From a bacterium (GTDB lineage: Bacteria; Acidobacteriota; Thermoanaerobaculia; Multivoradales; JAHEKO01): a stretch of DNA of 64,000 bases. The stretch spans positions 2,014-66,013 of the forward strand of contig JAAENP010000114.1 of NCBI GenBank assembly GCA_024224155.1, written 5' to 3'. Position 1 is the first letter of the stretch, and every line of letters begins with the position of its first letter. A model generated the notes under the pieces. It ran no database searches and was not told the DNA's origin. It saw only the letters and a list, made by a program, of their open reading frames with translations. The position numbers and the translations under genes are program-made. This document shows, piece by piece, positions 1 to 11,402 of the stretch.

Positions 1-411
1 GGGCGAGTGCCGTCTGCCCAGGAAACCGAGCTCGCCGGCATCGAAGGACTGGACTCCCAGGCTGAGTCGGCCCACGCCGAGGCCCACCCAGCCTCGAACC
101 CGAATCTCGGTCACGTCCTCGGGATTGGCCTCGATCGAAACGGCGGCATCCTCGGCGATCTCGAAGCTCCGCCGGGCCGCCTCCAGAAGTCTTCCGAGCT
201 GCTCCTCGTCGAGGGCCGTGGGTGTACCGCCGCCGAAATACACCGTGTCGAAGGTCTCCCAAGAACCGTGATCCATGGCGATCTCTTTGATCAGCGAACG
301 TGTGAACCGCTCTCGCCTCTCCTCGCCACCGGTGGTGACCGCAAAGTCGCAATAGGGACAGATCGCGGAGCAGAACGGTATGTGGAGGTAGAGGCCCGGG
401 CTCTTCGACAT
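1..411 (-). CDS. hemW: Radical-SAM coproporphyrinogen III oxidase family protein (HemW/HemN-like), N-terminal 137 codons; C-terminus lies beyond the window edge
   Basis: Absent from the ORF track because there is no stop in the window. Reverse complement from ATG (411-409) reads MSKSPGLYLHIPFCSAICPYCDFAVTTGGEERRERF...VYFGGGTP. This carries the HIPFCxxxCxYCDF 4Fe-4S radical-SAM motif and the GGGTP motif of HemN/HemW. The frame stays open to base 1. Confidence 0.8.
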   Translation of the reverse strand, partial: MSKSPGLYLHIPFCSAICPYCDFAVTTGGEERRERFTRSLIKEIAMDHGSWETFDTVYFGGGTPTALDEEQLGRLLEAARRSFEIAEDAAVSIEANPEDVTEIRVRGWVGLGVGRLSLGVQSFDAGELGFLGRRHSP

Positions 412-417
412 CGCAAC

Positions 418-457
418 CAGAATAGAACAAGAGCGGCCGGCTCCAGGCCGGCCGCTC
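418..457 (-). terminator. Rho-independent terminator after the exported hypothetical gene
   Basis: Perfect 11-bp stem GAGCGGCCGGC (431-441) / GCCGGCCGCTC (447-457) with a 5-nt loop. On the minus strand it is followed by the U-rich run TTGTTCTATTCTGG. It sits 29 nt after the stop at 486. Confidence 0.6.
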
Positions 458-485
458 TCGGGAAACTCTGCCAGAAAAGAGACTC

Positions 486-1331
486 CTACTCTTCCTCTCC
501 CATTCCTTCCTTGTCGTCCGTCATCTCTTCGTCGTCGTCATCCATGCCGGGCATGTAGGAGAGCTCCGGTTCGAAACGCCAGTCGGCGGTCTTGTAGTCG
601 GTGATGCACTCGCGCCACTGATCGAATATCGCCTTGGCCTCCTCGGGCCCATAGGCCTCTGCGAGTATCGCGCCGACCGAAGTCGCCGAGTAATACTCCG
701 CCGCGTCCTTGGCGAGGGTCGCGAACTGATAGGAGCCGTTGCCGAACTGGACCTCCGAGCCACGCACCGCCAGGCCGCCACCGACCTTCTTCCTGGCCTC
801 GGTCACCTTGGCCACCAGCTCTTTGAACTGCTCGGCCATGCCGGGCTTGACGTAGTGCGTCGAGAGATGGACCAAGCCAAACTCGCCTATGCCCCCCTCG
901 GGCGTATAGCTGAATTCCGGCATGTCTTTGGTCAACTCGTGCCGATGCCGGCTGGAACCGCCGCCACCGGCGGAAAGCTCGGCGATCTTCTCGGCGCCGA
1001 TGGCCTCGACCATTACTTTCTCCCGTTCGGCCTGCATGTCCATGAAGGCATAGTTGGGTACGTCGGTGAGGAAGGCATAGCTGAAATTGGGGCCGGAATA
1101 GGTCTGCCATCCCCATTCCTCGCCCATGCCGGCCTCTTTGAATGCCGCCACCCAGTCCTTGGCGTTCTCTTCGTAGGCCGGGGCGTTGGCCGGGCCGACG
1201 TCATCGTAGTGGATCATCGTGTATTGCGGCGCCGCCTCCTCGTGGTGCTCGGCAACGACAGTCTGCGGAACTGCCGCGAGAACCAGTACCGTTGCGACCA
1301 CGGCGAAGACACATCTGGTGTCAGGTTTCAT
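486..1331 (-). CDS. Exported hypothetical protein with two similar halves and a poly-acidic C-terminal tail
   Basis: ORF track, 281 aa. AGGAGGAGG RBS lies just upstream of the ATG. Signal peptide MKPDTRCVFAVVATVLVLAAVPQTVVA, two roughly 110-aa halves of similar pattern, and tail DDDDEEMTDDKEGMGEEE. No family recognised. Confidence 0.6.
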   Translation of the reverse strand: MKPDTRCVFAVVATVLVLAAVPQTVVAEHHEEAAPQYTMIHYDDVGPANAPAYEENAKDWVAAFKEAGMGEEWGWQTYSGPNFSYAFLTDVPNYAFMDMQAEREKVMVEAIGAEKIAELSAGGGGSSRHRHELTKDMPEFSYTPEGGIGEFGLVHLSTHYVKPGMAEQFKELVAKVTEARKKVGGGLAVRGSEVQFGNGSYQFATLAKDAAEYYSATSVGAILAEAYGPEEAKAIFDQWRECITDYKTADWRFEPELSYMPGMDDDDEEMTDDKEGMGEEE

Positions 1332-1352
1332 CGAAAGGACCTCCTCCTAATG

Positions 1353-1374
1353 AAGAAAAACGGCTTTGAAGCCG
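1353..1374 (-). terminator. Weak terminator-like hairpin downstream of lepA
   Basis: On the minus strand, CGGCT-TCAA-AGCCG is followed by TTTTTCTTC. The stem is short (5 bp), so this is tentative. Confidence 0.35.
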
Positions 1375-1447
1375 CTCGGACCGGTGCGGCCCGAGTGAAA
1401 TATTCTGTTTAATCTACCAGATGAATGCGAGAAACCCGAAGCCCAAC

Positions 1448-3247
<1,800 letters not shown>

Positions 3248-3312
3248 GCTGGGGAGTCTATCGGGATCCTCTCTCGTCAAGCGAAGTGTCGGCGGCGATT
3301 CGGCAGCTGATT

Positions 3313-3348
3313 CGGTCGAGACCCTTCGCTTCGCTCGAGGGCAAGCGG
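3313..3348 (+). repeat. Intergenic repeat family B, copy 1 (36-nt core)
   Basis: CGGTCGAGACCCTTCGCTTCGCTCGAGGGCAAGCGG is identical to 56559-56594. Weaker similarity continues for about 15 nt downstream (TGATCGACTCCGCT vs AGGTCGAC-CGCT). Confidence 0.85.
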
Positions 3349-3393
3349 TGATCGACTCCGCTGAGCCTCCGAGGCTTCGAAAACCAGTCGGTA

Positions 3394-3418
3394 GGGGACA
3401 CGAAGGAATCGTGTCCCC
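3394..3418. other. Perfect 9-bp hairpin in the lepA / M16 peptidase divergent intergenic region
   Basis: GGGGACACG-AAGGAAT-CGTGTCCCC. A degenerate version of its loop and 3' arm (CGAAGAATCGTG) recurs at 56534-56545, next to the second family B copy. Confidence 0.6.
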
Positions 3419-3557
3419 GATGCCCGAGAACACTCCGGGTCCTCTTGCGTATCAAATCCAGAACCGAGCACAACATGCCCCGCTATACTCGAACCTCTCG
3501 GCGTTCGCCGGCTGCGCCGGTTCCCGGCGCCCCTTTCATCCAAAGGAGACTCTCGAT

Positions 3558-6299
3558 ATGCGCAGATTACTGGGACTACTGACCGTGGCCGCTCTGAGCT
3601 TGAGCGGCACCATGGCGCCTGCGGCCGACTTCGAGATCCCCGACGTGCCCTACGAATCGTTCACTCTCGACAACGGCATGACCGTCATCGTTCACGAGGA
3701 CCACAAGGCGCCGATCGTGGCGGTCAACATCTGGTACCACGTCGGCTCCAAGAACGAAAAACCCGGCAAGACCGGCTTCGCTCACCTGTTCGAGCATCTG
3801 ATGTTCAACGGCTCGGAGAACTACAACTTCGACTACTTCAAGATCATGGAGCGCATCGGCGCCACCGAGCTCAACGGCACGACCTGGTTCGATCGAACGA
3901 ACTACTTCCAGAATGTGCCGACCAACGCCCTCGATCTGACACTCTGGATGGAGTCCGATCGCATGGGACACTTGCTCGGCGCCATAGACCAAGAACGCCT
4001 GGACGAGCAGCGCGGCGTGGTTCAGAACGAGAAGCGACAGGGCTTGAACCAGCCCTATGGCGAGGTTCGCGTGCTCATACCGCCCGCGGCCTACCCCGCC
4101 GCACACCCCTACTCCTGGTCGACCATCGGTTCGATGGAGGACCTGAAAGCGGCTTCTCTCGAGGACGTCCAGGAGTGGTTCAAGACCTACTACGGCGCCG
4201 CCAACGCGGTGCTGGTTCTGGCCGGAGACATCGACGTCGAGACCGCCAAGCAGAAGGCCAGTCTCTACTTCGGTGACATTCCCTCCGGACCTCCGGTTAC
4301 CAAGCAGGAGGCGTGGATCGCCAAGCGCAGCGCTGATCAGCGCATTGCGCTCCAGGACCGCGTTGCCCAGGCTCGCATCTACAAGCAGTGGAACGTGCCC
4401 CAGTGGGGCACGCCAGAAAACGAGCACCTCGGTCTCGTCTCCAGCATCCTGACCGAAGGCAAGAACTCTCGGCTCTTCAAGCGCCTCGTATACGACGACC
4501 AGATAGCCACCGACGTCGTCTCCTTCGTCTGGCCTTTCGAGATCTCGGGGCAGTTCCGAATCTACGCCACGGCGCAACCCGGTGGTGACCTGGCGGCTGT
4601 GGAGAAGGCCGTCGACGAGGAGATCCGGCGCTTCATCGAAGAGGGGCCGACCGAGGCCGAGCTCGAGCGCGTCAAGACGCAGCAGTTCGCCGAATTCGTT
4701 CGCAACATCGAAGGTGTGGGTGGCTTCGGCGGCAAGTCCGACCTCCTTGCTCGGCATCGGGTCTACGGCGGCGACCCCGGGTTCTACAAACAGCGTCTCG
4801 AGTGGATGAAGACCGCGACCGTCGGCGACGTGCGCACAGCCGCGGCCGACTGGCTTTCGGCGGGCCAGCTCGCAGTCGAAGTCCATCCGTTCGACGACTA
4901 CCAGGTCGCCGAGACCGGCGCCGACCGTTCGGCCCTGCCGGACACGGGTGAGGCCCCGGCCGCGGACTTCCCCGACATTCAGCGGACGGCGCTCGACAAC
5001 GGCCTGGAGATCATTCTGGCCGAGCGCCACGCGGCGCCGCTGGTCGAGTTTCGGCTGCTCGTCGACGCCGGCTATGCCTCGGATCAGCATGCTGTGCCGG
5101 GCACCGCCCGCCTCGCCATGGACGTTCTCGACGAAGGCACCGCATCGCGTTCGGCACTGGAGATCTCGGACGAGCTGGCGATGCTCGGAGCCGAGCTCTC
5201 GACCTCTTCGAACCTGGATCTCTCGGCCGTGCAGCTCTCGGCGCTCAAAGCAAACCTCGCCGAATCACTCGATCTCTTTGCCGACGTAGTGCTCAACCCG
5301 GCCTTTCCCGAGACCGAGTTCGCCCGTCTGAAGCAGCAACAGCTCGCCCGCATCCAGCGCGAGAAGAAGACGCCGATCCAGATGGCCCTGCGCGTGTTTC
5401 CTGGGCTTCTCTTCGGCGAGGGTCATGCCTACGCGACGCCGTTCACCGGTTCCGGCACTGAAGAATCGGTGGCCTCGATCTCGCGGACGACCCTGACCGG
5501 TTTTCACGGCTCTCTGTTCAAGCCCAACAACGCCACCCTGGTGGTCGTCGGCGACACGACGATGGACGAGATTGTGCCGATGATCGAGAAGCGATTCAAG
5601 AAGTGGAAAACTGGCGAAGTCCCGACCAAGGATCTATCCGAGGTTGCGATCAGGAAAGGTCAGTCGATCTATTTGATCGACCGGCCCGGCTCCGAGCAGT
5701 CGGTTCTACTGGCCGGGCACCTGGCACCGCCCAAAGCCAATCCCGACGAGGTTGCCATCGAAACCATGAACACCGTTCTGGGTGGCGACTTCACCTCGCG
5801 CGTCAACATGAACCTGCGCGAGGACAAAGGATGGTCCTACGGTGCCGGCACTTTCATCCCCGGAGCGCGCGGACAGCGTATCTTTCTCGCTTTCGCGCCG
5901 GTGCAAACCGACAAGACCAAGGAATCGATTCAGGAACTGACAAAGGAGCTTGCCGGCCTGATCGGCGACAAACCGGCCACCGAAGAAGAAGTCGCGCGGG
6001 CCAAAGACAGCCGCACGCTGACCCTTCCCGGTCAGTGGGAAACGGTCGCCGATGTTGCCGGCTCGCTCTCCGAGCTGGTGCGATTCGGGTATTCCGACGA
6101 TCATTTCGACAGCTACGCGGGCAAGGTTCGAGGCCTGTCACAGGCGGCTGTGGCCAACGCCGCAAAATCGGTACTGCACCCGGACGACGTGGTGTGGGTA
6201 ATCGTCGGGGATCGTTCGGAGATCGAGGACGGCATTCGTGAGCTCGGCATCGCGCAGATCGAGCTGCTCGACGCGGACGGCAATCGAATCGGGGAGTAG
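3558..6299 (+). CDS. Exported M16 (pitrilysin/insulinase) family zinc peptidase, double-unit (PqqL-like) architecture
   Basis: AAGGAG RBS at 3544-3549, then ATG. Signal peptide MRRLLGLLTVAALSLSGTMAPAA and the inverted zinc motif HLFEH (HxxEH). About 913 aa, i.e. two M16 active/inactive unit pairs. The ORF-track start at 3063 is an upstream extension. Confidence 0.9.
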   Translation: MRRLLGLLTVAALSLSGTMAPAADFEIPDVPYESFTLDNGMTVIVHEDHKAPIVAVNIWYHVGSKNEKPGKTGFAHLFEHLMFNGSENYNFDYFKIMERIGATELNGTTWFDRTNYFQNVPTNALDLTLWMESDRMGHLLGAIDQERLDEQRGVVQNEKRQGLNQPYGEVRVLIPPAAYPAAHPYSWSTIGSMEDLKAASLEDVQEWFKTYYGAANAVLVLAGDIDVETAKQKASLYFGDIPSGPPVTKQEAWIAKRSADQRIALQDRVAQARIYKQWNVPQWGTPENEHLGLVSSILTEGKNSRLFKRLVYDDQIATDVVSFVWPFEISGQFRIYATAQPGGDLAAVEKAVDEEIRRFIEEGPTEAELERVKTQQFAEFVRNIEGVGGFGGKSDLLARHRVYGGDPGFYKQRLEWMKTATVGDVRTAAADWLSAGQLAVEVHPFDDYQVAETGADRSALPDTGEAPAADFPDIQRTALDNGLEIILAERHAAPLVEFRLLVDAGYASDQHAVPGTARLAMDVLDEGTASRSALEISDELAMLGAELSTSSNLDLSAVQLSALKANLAESLDLFADVVLNPAFPETEFARLKQQQLARIQREKKTPIQMALRVFPGLLFGEGHAYATPFTGSGTEESVASISRTTLTGFHGSLFKPNNATLVVVGDTTMDEIVPMIEKRFKKWKTGEVPTKDLSEVAIRKGQSIYLIDRPGSEQSVLLAGHLAPPKANPDEVAIETMNTVLGGDFTSRVNMNLREDKGWSYGAGTFIPGARGQRIFLAFAPVQTDKTKESIQELTKELAGLIGDKPATEEEVARAKDSRTLTLPGQWETVADVAGSLSELVRFGYSDDHFDSYAGKVRGLSQAAVANAAKSVLHPDDVVWVIVGDRSEIEDGIRELGIAQIELLDADGNRIGE

Positions 6300-6310
6300 G
6301 CAGGAGCGAG

Positions 6311-7795
6311 ATGAGGCTAGTCCCTATCCTGGCCGCCGCCGGAATGGCGATCTTCGTGAGCGTCCCGGCCTGGCCCAAGGCCATCGAGGCGGTCCCTGAC
6401 GGCATCTTCGACGAATGGGACGGCGCCAAGCTCGCCAAGAACGATCCATCGGGAGATGGCGCGGCCAGCGGGCTGGACCTCGGCCGGCTCTGGGTCGGCG
6501 ATGACGGCGAAGCGCTTTACCTCAGGCTCGAGGTCGGTCGCGAGACCATTCTCCAGAACCCGCCCTCGGGCGACATCGGCAACGATCTGCGCCTCTATCT
6601 CGATCTCGACCGGAAGAAGTCGACCGGGTTTCCTGTCGAAAACCTGGGGGCCGACCTCGAGATCCGCTTCGGGCTTCGCTCGGTGCTTCGCTACGACGGA
6701 GCCGGGAATCAGGAGAGCGTGGCACCCGGGACCGGTGTCGTGATGGGTCTTCCCACCCATTCCTCGGACGAGTTCGAGATCCGCGTCGAGCTGCCCGAGA
6801 GTCTCAGGCCCGGAAGCGCGCGCGCACCCAAGGCGAAGCGCAAGCGAATCAAACTGGTCTTGCGCGACGTCGCGGGAGGCGACCGGTTGCCCAATGGGGG
6901 CGCAGTCAAATACAAACTCGTCAAGAACGCGGTGGCGCCTCCCGAGGCGATCGATTTCGGGCGGGCTCCGGCAAGTGGAGTCGTCCGGATCCTGAGCATG
7001 AACGTCGAGGCATCGACGCCGGCCATCAGGCCGGACGTCTACCGCCGGCTGCTCGAAGCGGTCCAACCGGACATCGTGGCCTTTCAAGAGTTGACTACCT
7101 GGAACGCCGAACAGGCTCGCGACTTCGTCGAAAGCGTGCTCTCCCCCGAGGGTGATATCGCTTGGCATGCCCGACAGCAGTTCGACTGCGTCACCGTGAG
7201 CAAATTCCCGATCCTGAATTGGGCACCGATCGACGACAACCTGTTGACTCACATCGACCTGCCCCAAGAAAGAGACCTTGTGCTCTTCAACATGCATCCG
7301 CCCTGCTGCGATAACGAGGACGGTCGGGACGCGGAGTTCGACAACCTCGCGGCGGCCTGGCGCGACCTCCTGCAGGGTAGTTTCTCGTTCGCCATCGGTG
7401 ACGGGGACGCGGCCGTTTTCGCCGGTGATTACAACCTGGTCGGCTTTCGCCGTCAGCTCGAGAGCATCCGCGATGGGGTCTTCGTCGGTTCCTCCAAGGG
7501 TGCCGACTTCGCGCCCGGCCGCGGCGAGGGGTCGCTCCTCGACCCGCCGCTTCGCCACACCCACCGACGCATGGCCTATACCTGGAGACAAGCCGGTTCG
7601 AGCTTCGCGCCCGGGCGCCTCGATCTCGTTATCTTCACCGGCGACGCCCTGACGCTGGAGAAGGGGTTCGTCGTGGACACCGGCTCGATGCCGAGCAAGG
7701 CGCGCAAGAAGCTCGGCCTCAACCGCCGGGATTCGGAACTGGCTTCCGACCACCTCGGCCTGGTGACCGACTTTTCGGTCCGCGATATGGACTGA
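6311..7795 (+). CDS. Exported endonuclease/exonuclease/phosphatase (EEP) family protein with an N-terminal beta-sandwich-like domain
   Basis: AGGAG RBS and a signal peptide. The C-terminal half carries EEP motifs (RILSMNVE, PDIVAFQELT, SDHLGLVTDF). Confidence 0.8.
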   Translation: MRLVPILAAAGMAIFVSVPAWPKAIEAVPDGIFDEWDGAKLAKNDPSGDGAASGLDLGRLWVGDDGEALYLRLEVGRETILQNPPSGDIGNDLRLYLDLDRKKSTGFPVENLGADLEIRFGLRSVLRYDGAGNQESVAPGTGVVMGLPTHSSDEFEIRVELPESLRPGSARAPKAKRKRIKLVLRDVAGGDRLPNGGAVKYKLVKNAVAPPEAIDFGRAPASGVVRILSMNVEASTPAIRPDVYRRLLEAVQPDIVAFQELTTWNAEQARDFVESVLSPEGDIAWHARQQFDCVTVSKFPILNWAPIDDNLLTHIDLPQERDLVLFNMHPPCCDNEDGRDAEFDNLAAAWRDLLQGSFSFAIGDGDAAVFAGDYNLVGFRRQLESIRDGVFVGSSKGADFAPGRGEGSLLDPPLRHTHRRMAYTWRQAGSSFAPGRLDLVIFTGDALTLEKGFVVDTGSMPSKARKKLGLNRRDSELASDHLGLVTDFSVRDMD

Positions 7796-7837
7796 TTTCC
7801 GCGCCCGCGCCCGCGGCTGTAAAATACCCGACAAGTC

Positions 7838-8542
7838 GTGAAGATCCAAGGCGAGTACTCATTTCAGGTGCCGCGAGAGAAGGTCTGGGAGGCCGTTCTC
7901 GATCCCAAGGTACTCTCGTCCAGCCTGCCCGGGTTTCAGAGACTCGACACCATCGGTGAGAACGAGTACGAAGGGGCTCTCGAGATCAAGGTCGGACCGG
8001 TACAGGGCGACTTTCAAGGGACCTTGAAGCTCAGCGATCTCCAGCGCCCATCCAGCTACCGCTTCAGCCTCAACGGCATGGGGGCCGCCGGCTTCGTCGA
8101 CGGCGACGGTCTCCTGGTGCTCGAAGAATCCGGCGGCGGCACAAAGCTCCACTACGATCTGGACGCCAGGGTCGGGGGCCGGATCGCGGGAGTCGGCCAG
8201 CGTCTCCTCCACAGCTCGGCGAAGGTCATGGCGCGCCAGACCTTGGAAGGCATCGAGCGCCAGTTCCCGCAGCCGGCACAGGTCAAAGTCGTGACCAAAC
8301 AGGACGCCGCTTCGGCGGCGCCCGAGGAACCGACTGCTGGAGAGACGACCGGTTCCGCGCCGGCCCGGGAGGCCGCCCCGGCCGCACCCGCGCCCCCGAG
8401 CCAGGCCAAGTTCGCCTATACCTTCGCCAAGGGGCTCATGGGCGAGCTGATTCCGCCGTCCGCACGACCCTGGGCCATCAGTATCGCGGTGGTCGCTTAT
8501 ACAATCGTCGTCATTCTGCTCACACGAGCTTGCAGCGGTTAG
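7838..8542 (+). CDS. CoxG/SRPBCC family protein with a C-terminal membrane anchor
   Basis: GTG start. [33 protein letters not shown]...[11 protein letters not shown] is typical of the carbon monoxide dehydrogenase subunit G family. Ala/Pro-rich linker and hydrophobic tail [17 protein letters not shown]. Confidence 0.8.
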   Translation: MKIQGEYSFQVPREKVWEAVLDPKVLSSSLPGFQRLDTIGENEYEGALEIKVGPVQGDFQGTLKLSDLQRPSSYRFSLNGMGAAGFVDGDGLLVLEESGGGTKLHYDLDARVGGRIAGVGQRLLHSSAKVMARQTLEGIERQFPQPAQVKVVTKQDAASAAPEEPTAGETTGSAPAREAAPAAPAPPSQAKFAYTFAKGLMGELIPPSARPWAISIAVVAYTIVVILLTRACSG

Positions 8543-8571
8543 GCCCCTCGGGCCCGAAAGGAGATCTGCCC

Positions 8572-9045
8572 ATGGGGGTCAACATCTCGGTTGAGATCAA
8601 CGGCACGCTTTACGAAAGACAAGTCGACGCTCGCACTCTGTTGGTGCATTTCCTGCGCGAGGAGCTGAGCCTTACCGGTACCAATGTCGGCTGTGAGACC
8701 AGCCTGTGCGGCGCCTGCACGGTCCACATGGACGGGCTGGCGGTCAAATCCTGTACGCAGCTGGCGGTTCAGGCAGACGGCGCCAAGATCACGACCATCG
8801 AGGGACTGGCCGAGAACGGCAACCTCCACCCAATGCAACAGGCATTCTGGGACGAGCACGGCCTGCAGTGCGGCTACTGCACGCCGGGGATGATCATGGC
8901 CGCAACCAAACTGGTCGAAAACAACCCGCAAGCGAGCGAGCGCGATATCCGCGAGGGTCTCAAGGGCAACCTGTGCCGCTGTACGGGATATCAGAACATC
9001 GTCAAGGCGGTGGCTGCCGCGGCCAAGGCCGGGGGCGCATCATGA
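8572..9045 (+). CDS. Molybdenum hydroxylase small subunit, two [2Fe-2S] clusters (CoxS-like)
   Basis: AAAGGAG RBS. Motifs [19 protein letters not shown] and CRCTGY. The stop overlaps the next start (ATGA). Confidence 0.92.
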   Translation: MGVNISVEINGTLYERQVDARTLLVHFLREELSLTGTNVGCETSLCGACTVHMDGLAVKSCTQLAVQADGAKITTIEGLAENGNLHPMQQAFWDEHGLQCGYCTPGMIMAATKLVENNPQASERDIREGLKGNLCRCTGYQNIVKAVAAAAKAGGAS

Positions 9046-11402
9046 GCGTGCTCGGAACCTCGATCAAGCGACGCGAGGATCCCGCCCTGATCACCGGCAA
9101 GGGCAAGTACACCGACGACTTCTCGATACCGGGAACGCTCCATGCCGTGATCGTGCGCAGCCCCTTCGGCCACGCCAGAGTCAATCGGACCGATACCTCG
9201 GCTGCTGCGCAAGCAGTGGGCGTTGTGGCAATCTACACCGCCGCGGAACTCGAGGCCAGCGGCACGCCGGGAGTCATACCGACCGCCTGGCTGCTCCCCG
9301 ATCTCAAGACCCCGGTCCACACGCTGTTTGCCACCGATCGGGTGCGCTACGTCGGCCACCCCGTGGCGGTTGTCGTCGCCGAGAGTGCGCCGGCCGGCCA
9401 CGACGCCGCCGGCCTGATCGAAGTCGACTACGAACCGCTACCGGCGGTGGTCGACCCGAAGGCCGCGGCGGCCGATGGAGCACCCCTGCTCTACGACGAG
9501 GCCCCCAGCAACGTCGCCTTCGACTGGGAAGTGGGCGACAAGGAAGCCACGGATGCGGCGTTCGCGGCAGCGGCCACGACCGCGACCGTGACGCTGCGCA
9601 ACAACCGCACGCTGCCCCACGCCATCGAGCCGCGGGCGGCCCTGGCCCAGTGGGACGCCGAGAACGGCAAGCTCACCCTGACCATGACATCCCAGAATCC
9701 CCACGTGCATCGGCTGCTTATGACCATCGCCTCCCTCGGCCTTCCCGAGCACAAGATCCGGGTCATCGCTCCCGAGGTCGGTGGCGGCTTCGGCTCCAAG
9801 ATCCACCACTACGCCGACGAGGCAATCACCGCCTGGTGCGCCATGCAGACCGGGCGGCCCGTCAAATGGACGGCAACGCGGTCCGAGACCAACATGACCG
9901 ACGCTCATGGCCGTGACCACTGGTCGACCGCCGGAATCGCGATCGACTCCGACGGCAAGATCGTTGGCCTTCGCATCGATACCCACGCCGCGATGGGAGC
10001 GTACCTCTCGACTTTTGCGCCGGCGGTGCCGACCTATCTCTATGGAACTCTTTTCTCCGGCCAGTACGACATCCCGGCGATTCACGTTCACGTTCTCGGT
10101 ACCTTCACCAACACGGCACCGGTCGATGCGGTTCGCGGTGCCGGGCGGCCGGAGGCGACCTATGCCGTCGAGCGGCTGATGGATGCCGGCGCGGCGGCGG
10201 TCGGGCTCGACCCGGCCGAATTCCGCCGCCGGAACTTCATCCAGCCGGATGCCTTCCCGTACCAGACCCAGGTCGCGCTGGCGTACGACAGCGGTGACTA
10301 TCCACAGGCCCTGGAGAAGGCCCTCGAGGCGGCGGGCTACGATGACCTGCGGGCAGAACAAGCCAAGCGGCTTGACGACCAGAGCGGTAAAGCAAAGATC
10401 CTCGGCGTCGGGCTTTCGTCCTACATCGAGGCCTGCGGCATCGCGCCCTCGGCGGTGGTGGGCTCGCTCGGCGCCCAGGCGGGATTGTGGGAAAGCGCCA
10501 AGGTCAGGGTGCATCCCTCGGGCAGCGTTACCGTCTACACCGGCTCGTGCGCCCACGGGCAGGGGCACGCGACCACCTTCTCGCAGATCGTCGCCGATCG
10601 GCTCGGAATCGACGTCGACCAGATCGACGTGATCCACGGCGACACCGAAGAGGTGCAGTTCGGCATGGGCACCTATGGCTCGCGCTCGGCGGCGGTCGGT
10701 GGCTCCGCGATCGTCAAATCGCTGGACAAGGTCATCGCCAAGGGCAAGAGAATCGCCGCCCACCTTCTCGAGGCCTCGCCGGACGACATCGAGTTCGAGG
10801 GCGGTGAGTTCAAGGTCAAGGGCTCGCCCGGGCACTCCAAGGCATGGGGGGACGTCGTGCTCAACGCCTATCTCGCCCACAACCTGCCCGAAGACATCGA
10901 GCCGGGACTCGAGGAAACCAGCTTCTACGACCCGGCCAACTTCACCTATCCCTTTGGAACACACATCGCGGTGGTCGAGATCGACCGGGAAACCGGCGAG
11001 ATCGACCTCCTGCGTTATATCGGCGTCGACGACTGCGGCAACCAGATCAACCCGATGATCGTCGAAGGTCAGGTCCACGGCGGCATTGCCCACGGTCTGG
11101 GCCAGGCGCTCTGGGAAGAAGCCGCTTACGACGAGTCGGGGCAACTGGTTTCCGGAACGCTTCTCGACTACGCCCTGCCGCGGGCCCATCACCTGGTCCC
11201 CTACGAGCTCGATTACACGGTGACGCCGTGCCCGCACAACCCGCTGGGCGTCAAGGGCATCGGCGAGGCCGGCGCCATCGCGGCTCCGGCGGCGGTGGCG
11301 AACGCCGTCGGTGACGCGCTCAGAAGCGTCGGCGCCGCACCTATCGACATGCCGTTCACCCCGGAGAAGATCTGGAGAACCCTCCAGGGAGGGGGCGCCT
11401 GA
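9042..11402 (+). CDS. Molybdenum hydroxylase large (molybdopterin-binding) subunit, form II CoxL-like / xanthine dehydrogenase family
   Basis: [27 protein letters not shown]-terminus, about 786 aa. The active-site loop reads [11 protein letters not shown] (AYRGAGR-type, not the AYxCSFR loop of genuine CO dehydrogenase). The ORF-track start at 8706 is an out-of-context extension. Confidence 0.9.
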   Translation: MSVLGTSIKRREDPALITGKGKYTDDFSIPGTLHAVIVRSPFGHARVNRTDTSAAAQAVGVVAIYTAAELEASGTPGVIPTAWLLPDLKTPVHTLFATDRVRYVGHPVAVVVAESAPAGHDAAGLIEVDYEPLPAVVDPKAAAADGAPLLYDEAPSNVAFDWEVGDKEATDAAFAAAATTATVTLRNNRTLPHAIEPRAALAQWDAENGKLTLTMTSQNPHVHRLLMTIASLGLPEHKIRVIAPEVGGGFGSKIHHYADEAITAWCAMQTGRPVKWTATRSETNMTDAHGRDHWSTAGIAIDSDGKIVGLRIDTHAAMGAYLSTFAPAVPTYLYGTLFSGQYDIPAIHVHVLGTFTNTAPVDAVRGAGRPEATYAVERLMDAGAAAVGLDPAEFRRRNFIQPDAFPYQTQVALAYDSGDYPQALEKALEAAGYDDLRAEQAKRLDDQSGKAKILGVGLSSYIEACGIAPSAVVGSLGAQAGLWESAKVRVHPSGSVTVYTGSCAHGQGHATTFSQIVADRLGIDVDQIDVIHGDTEEVQFGMGTYGSRSAAVGGSAIVKSLDKVIAKGKRIAAHLLEASPDDIEFEGGEFKVKGSPGHSKAWGDVVLNAYLAHNLPEDIEPGLEETSFYDPANFTYPFGTHIAVVEIDRETGEIDLLRYIGVDDCGNQINPMIVEGQVHGGIAHGLGQALWEEAAYDESGQLVSGTLLDYALPRAHHLVPYELDYTVTPCPHNPLGVKGIGEAGAIAAPAAVANAVGDALRSVGAAPIDMPFTPEKIWRTLQGGGA

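Noticed and set aside
3576-5090. Long antisense or alternative-frame ORFs. Examples: 3576-5090(-), 6317-7849(-), 9438-11444(-), 16071-18080(-), 21750-24071(+), 26878-28233(+), 43549-44835(-), 45658-46872(+), 49782-51347(-), 56837-58054(+)
   Set aside because: Each lies opposite or overlapping a gene with clear family motifs. Their translations are Arg/Gly/Pro/His-rich with no recognisable motifs, RBS or signal features. This is the typical high-GC shadow-ORF pattern.
9042-11402. Annotation of this operon (and of 21564-23903) as aerobic carbon monoxide dehydrogenase
   Set aside because: The large-subunit active-site loops read DAVRGAGR and TPYRGAGR. They lack the Cys-containing AYxCSFR loop that binds the Mo-S-Cu centre in genuine form I CoxL. 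They are called generic Mo hydroxylases of unknown substrate instead.
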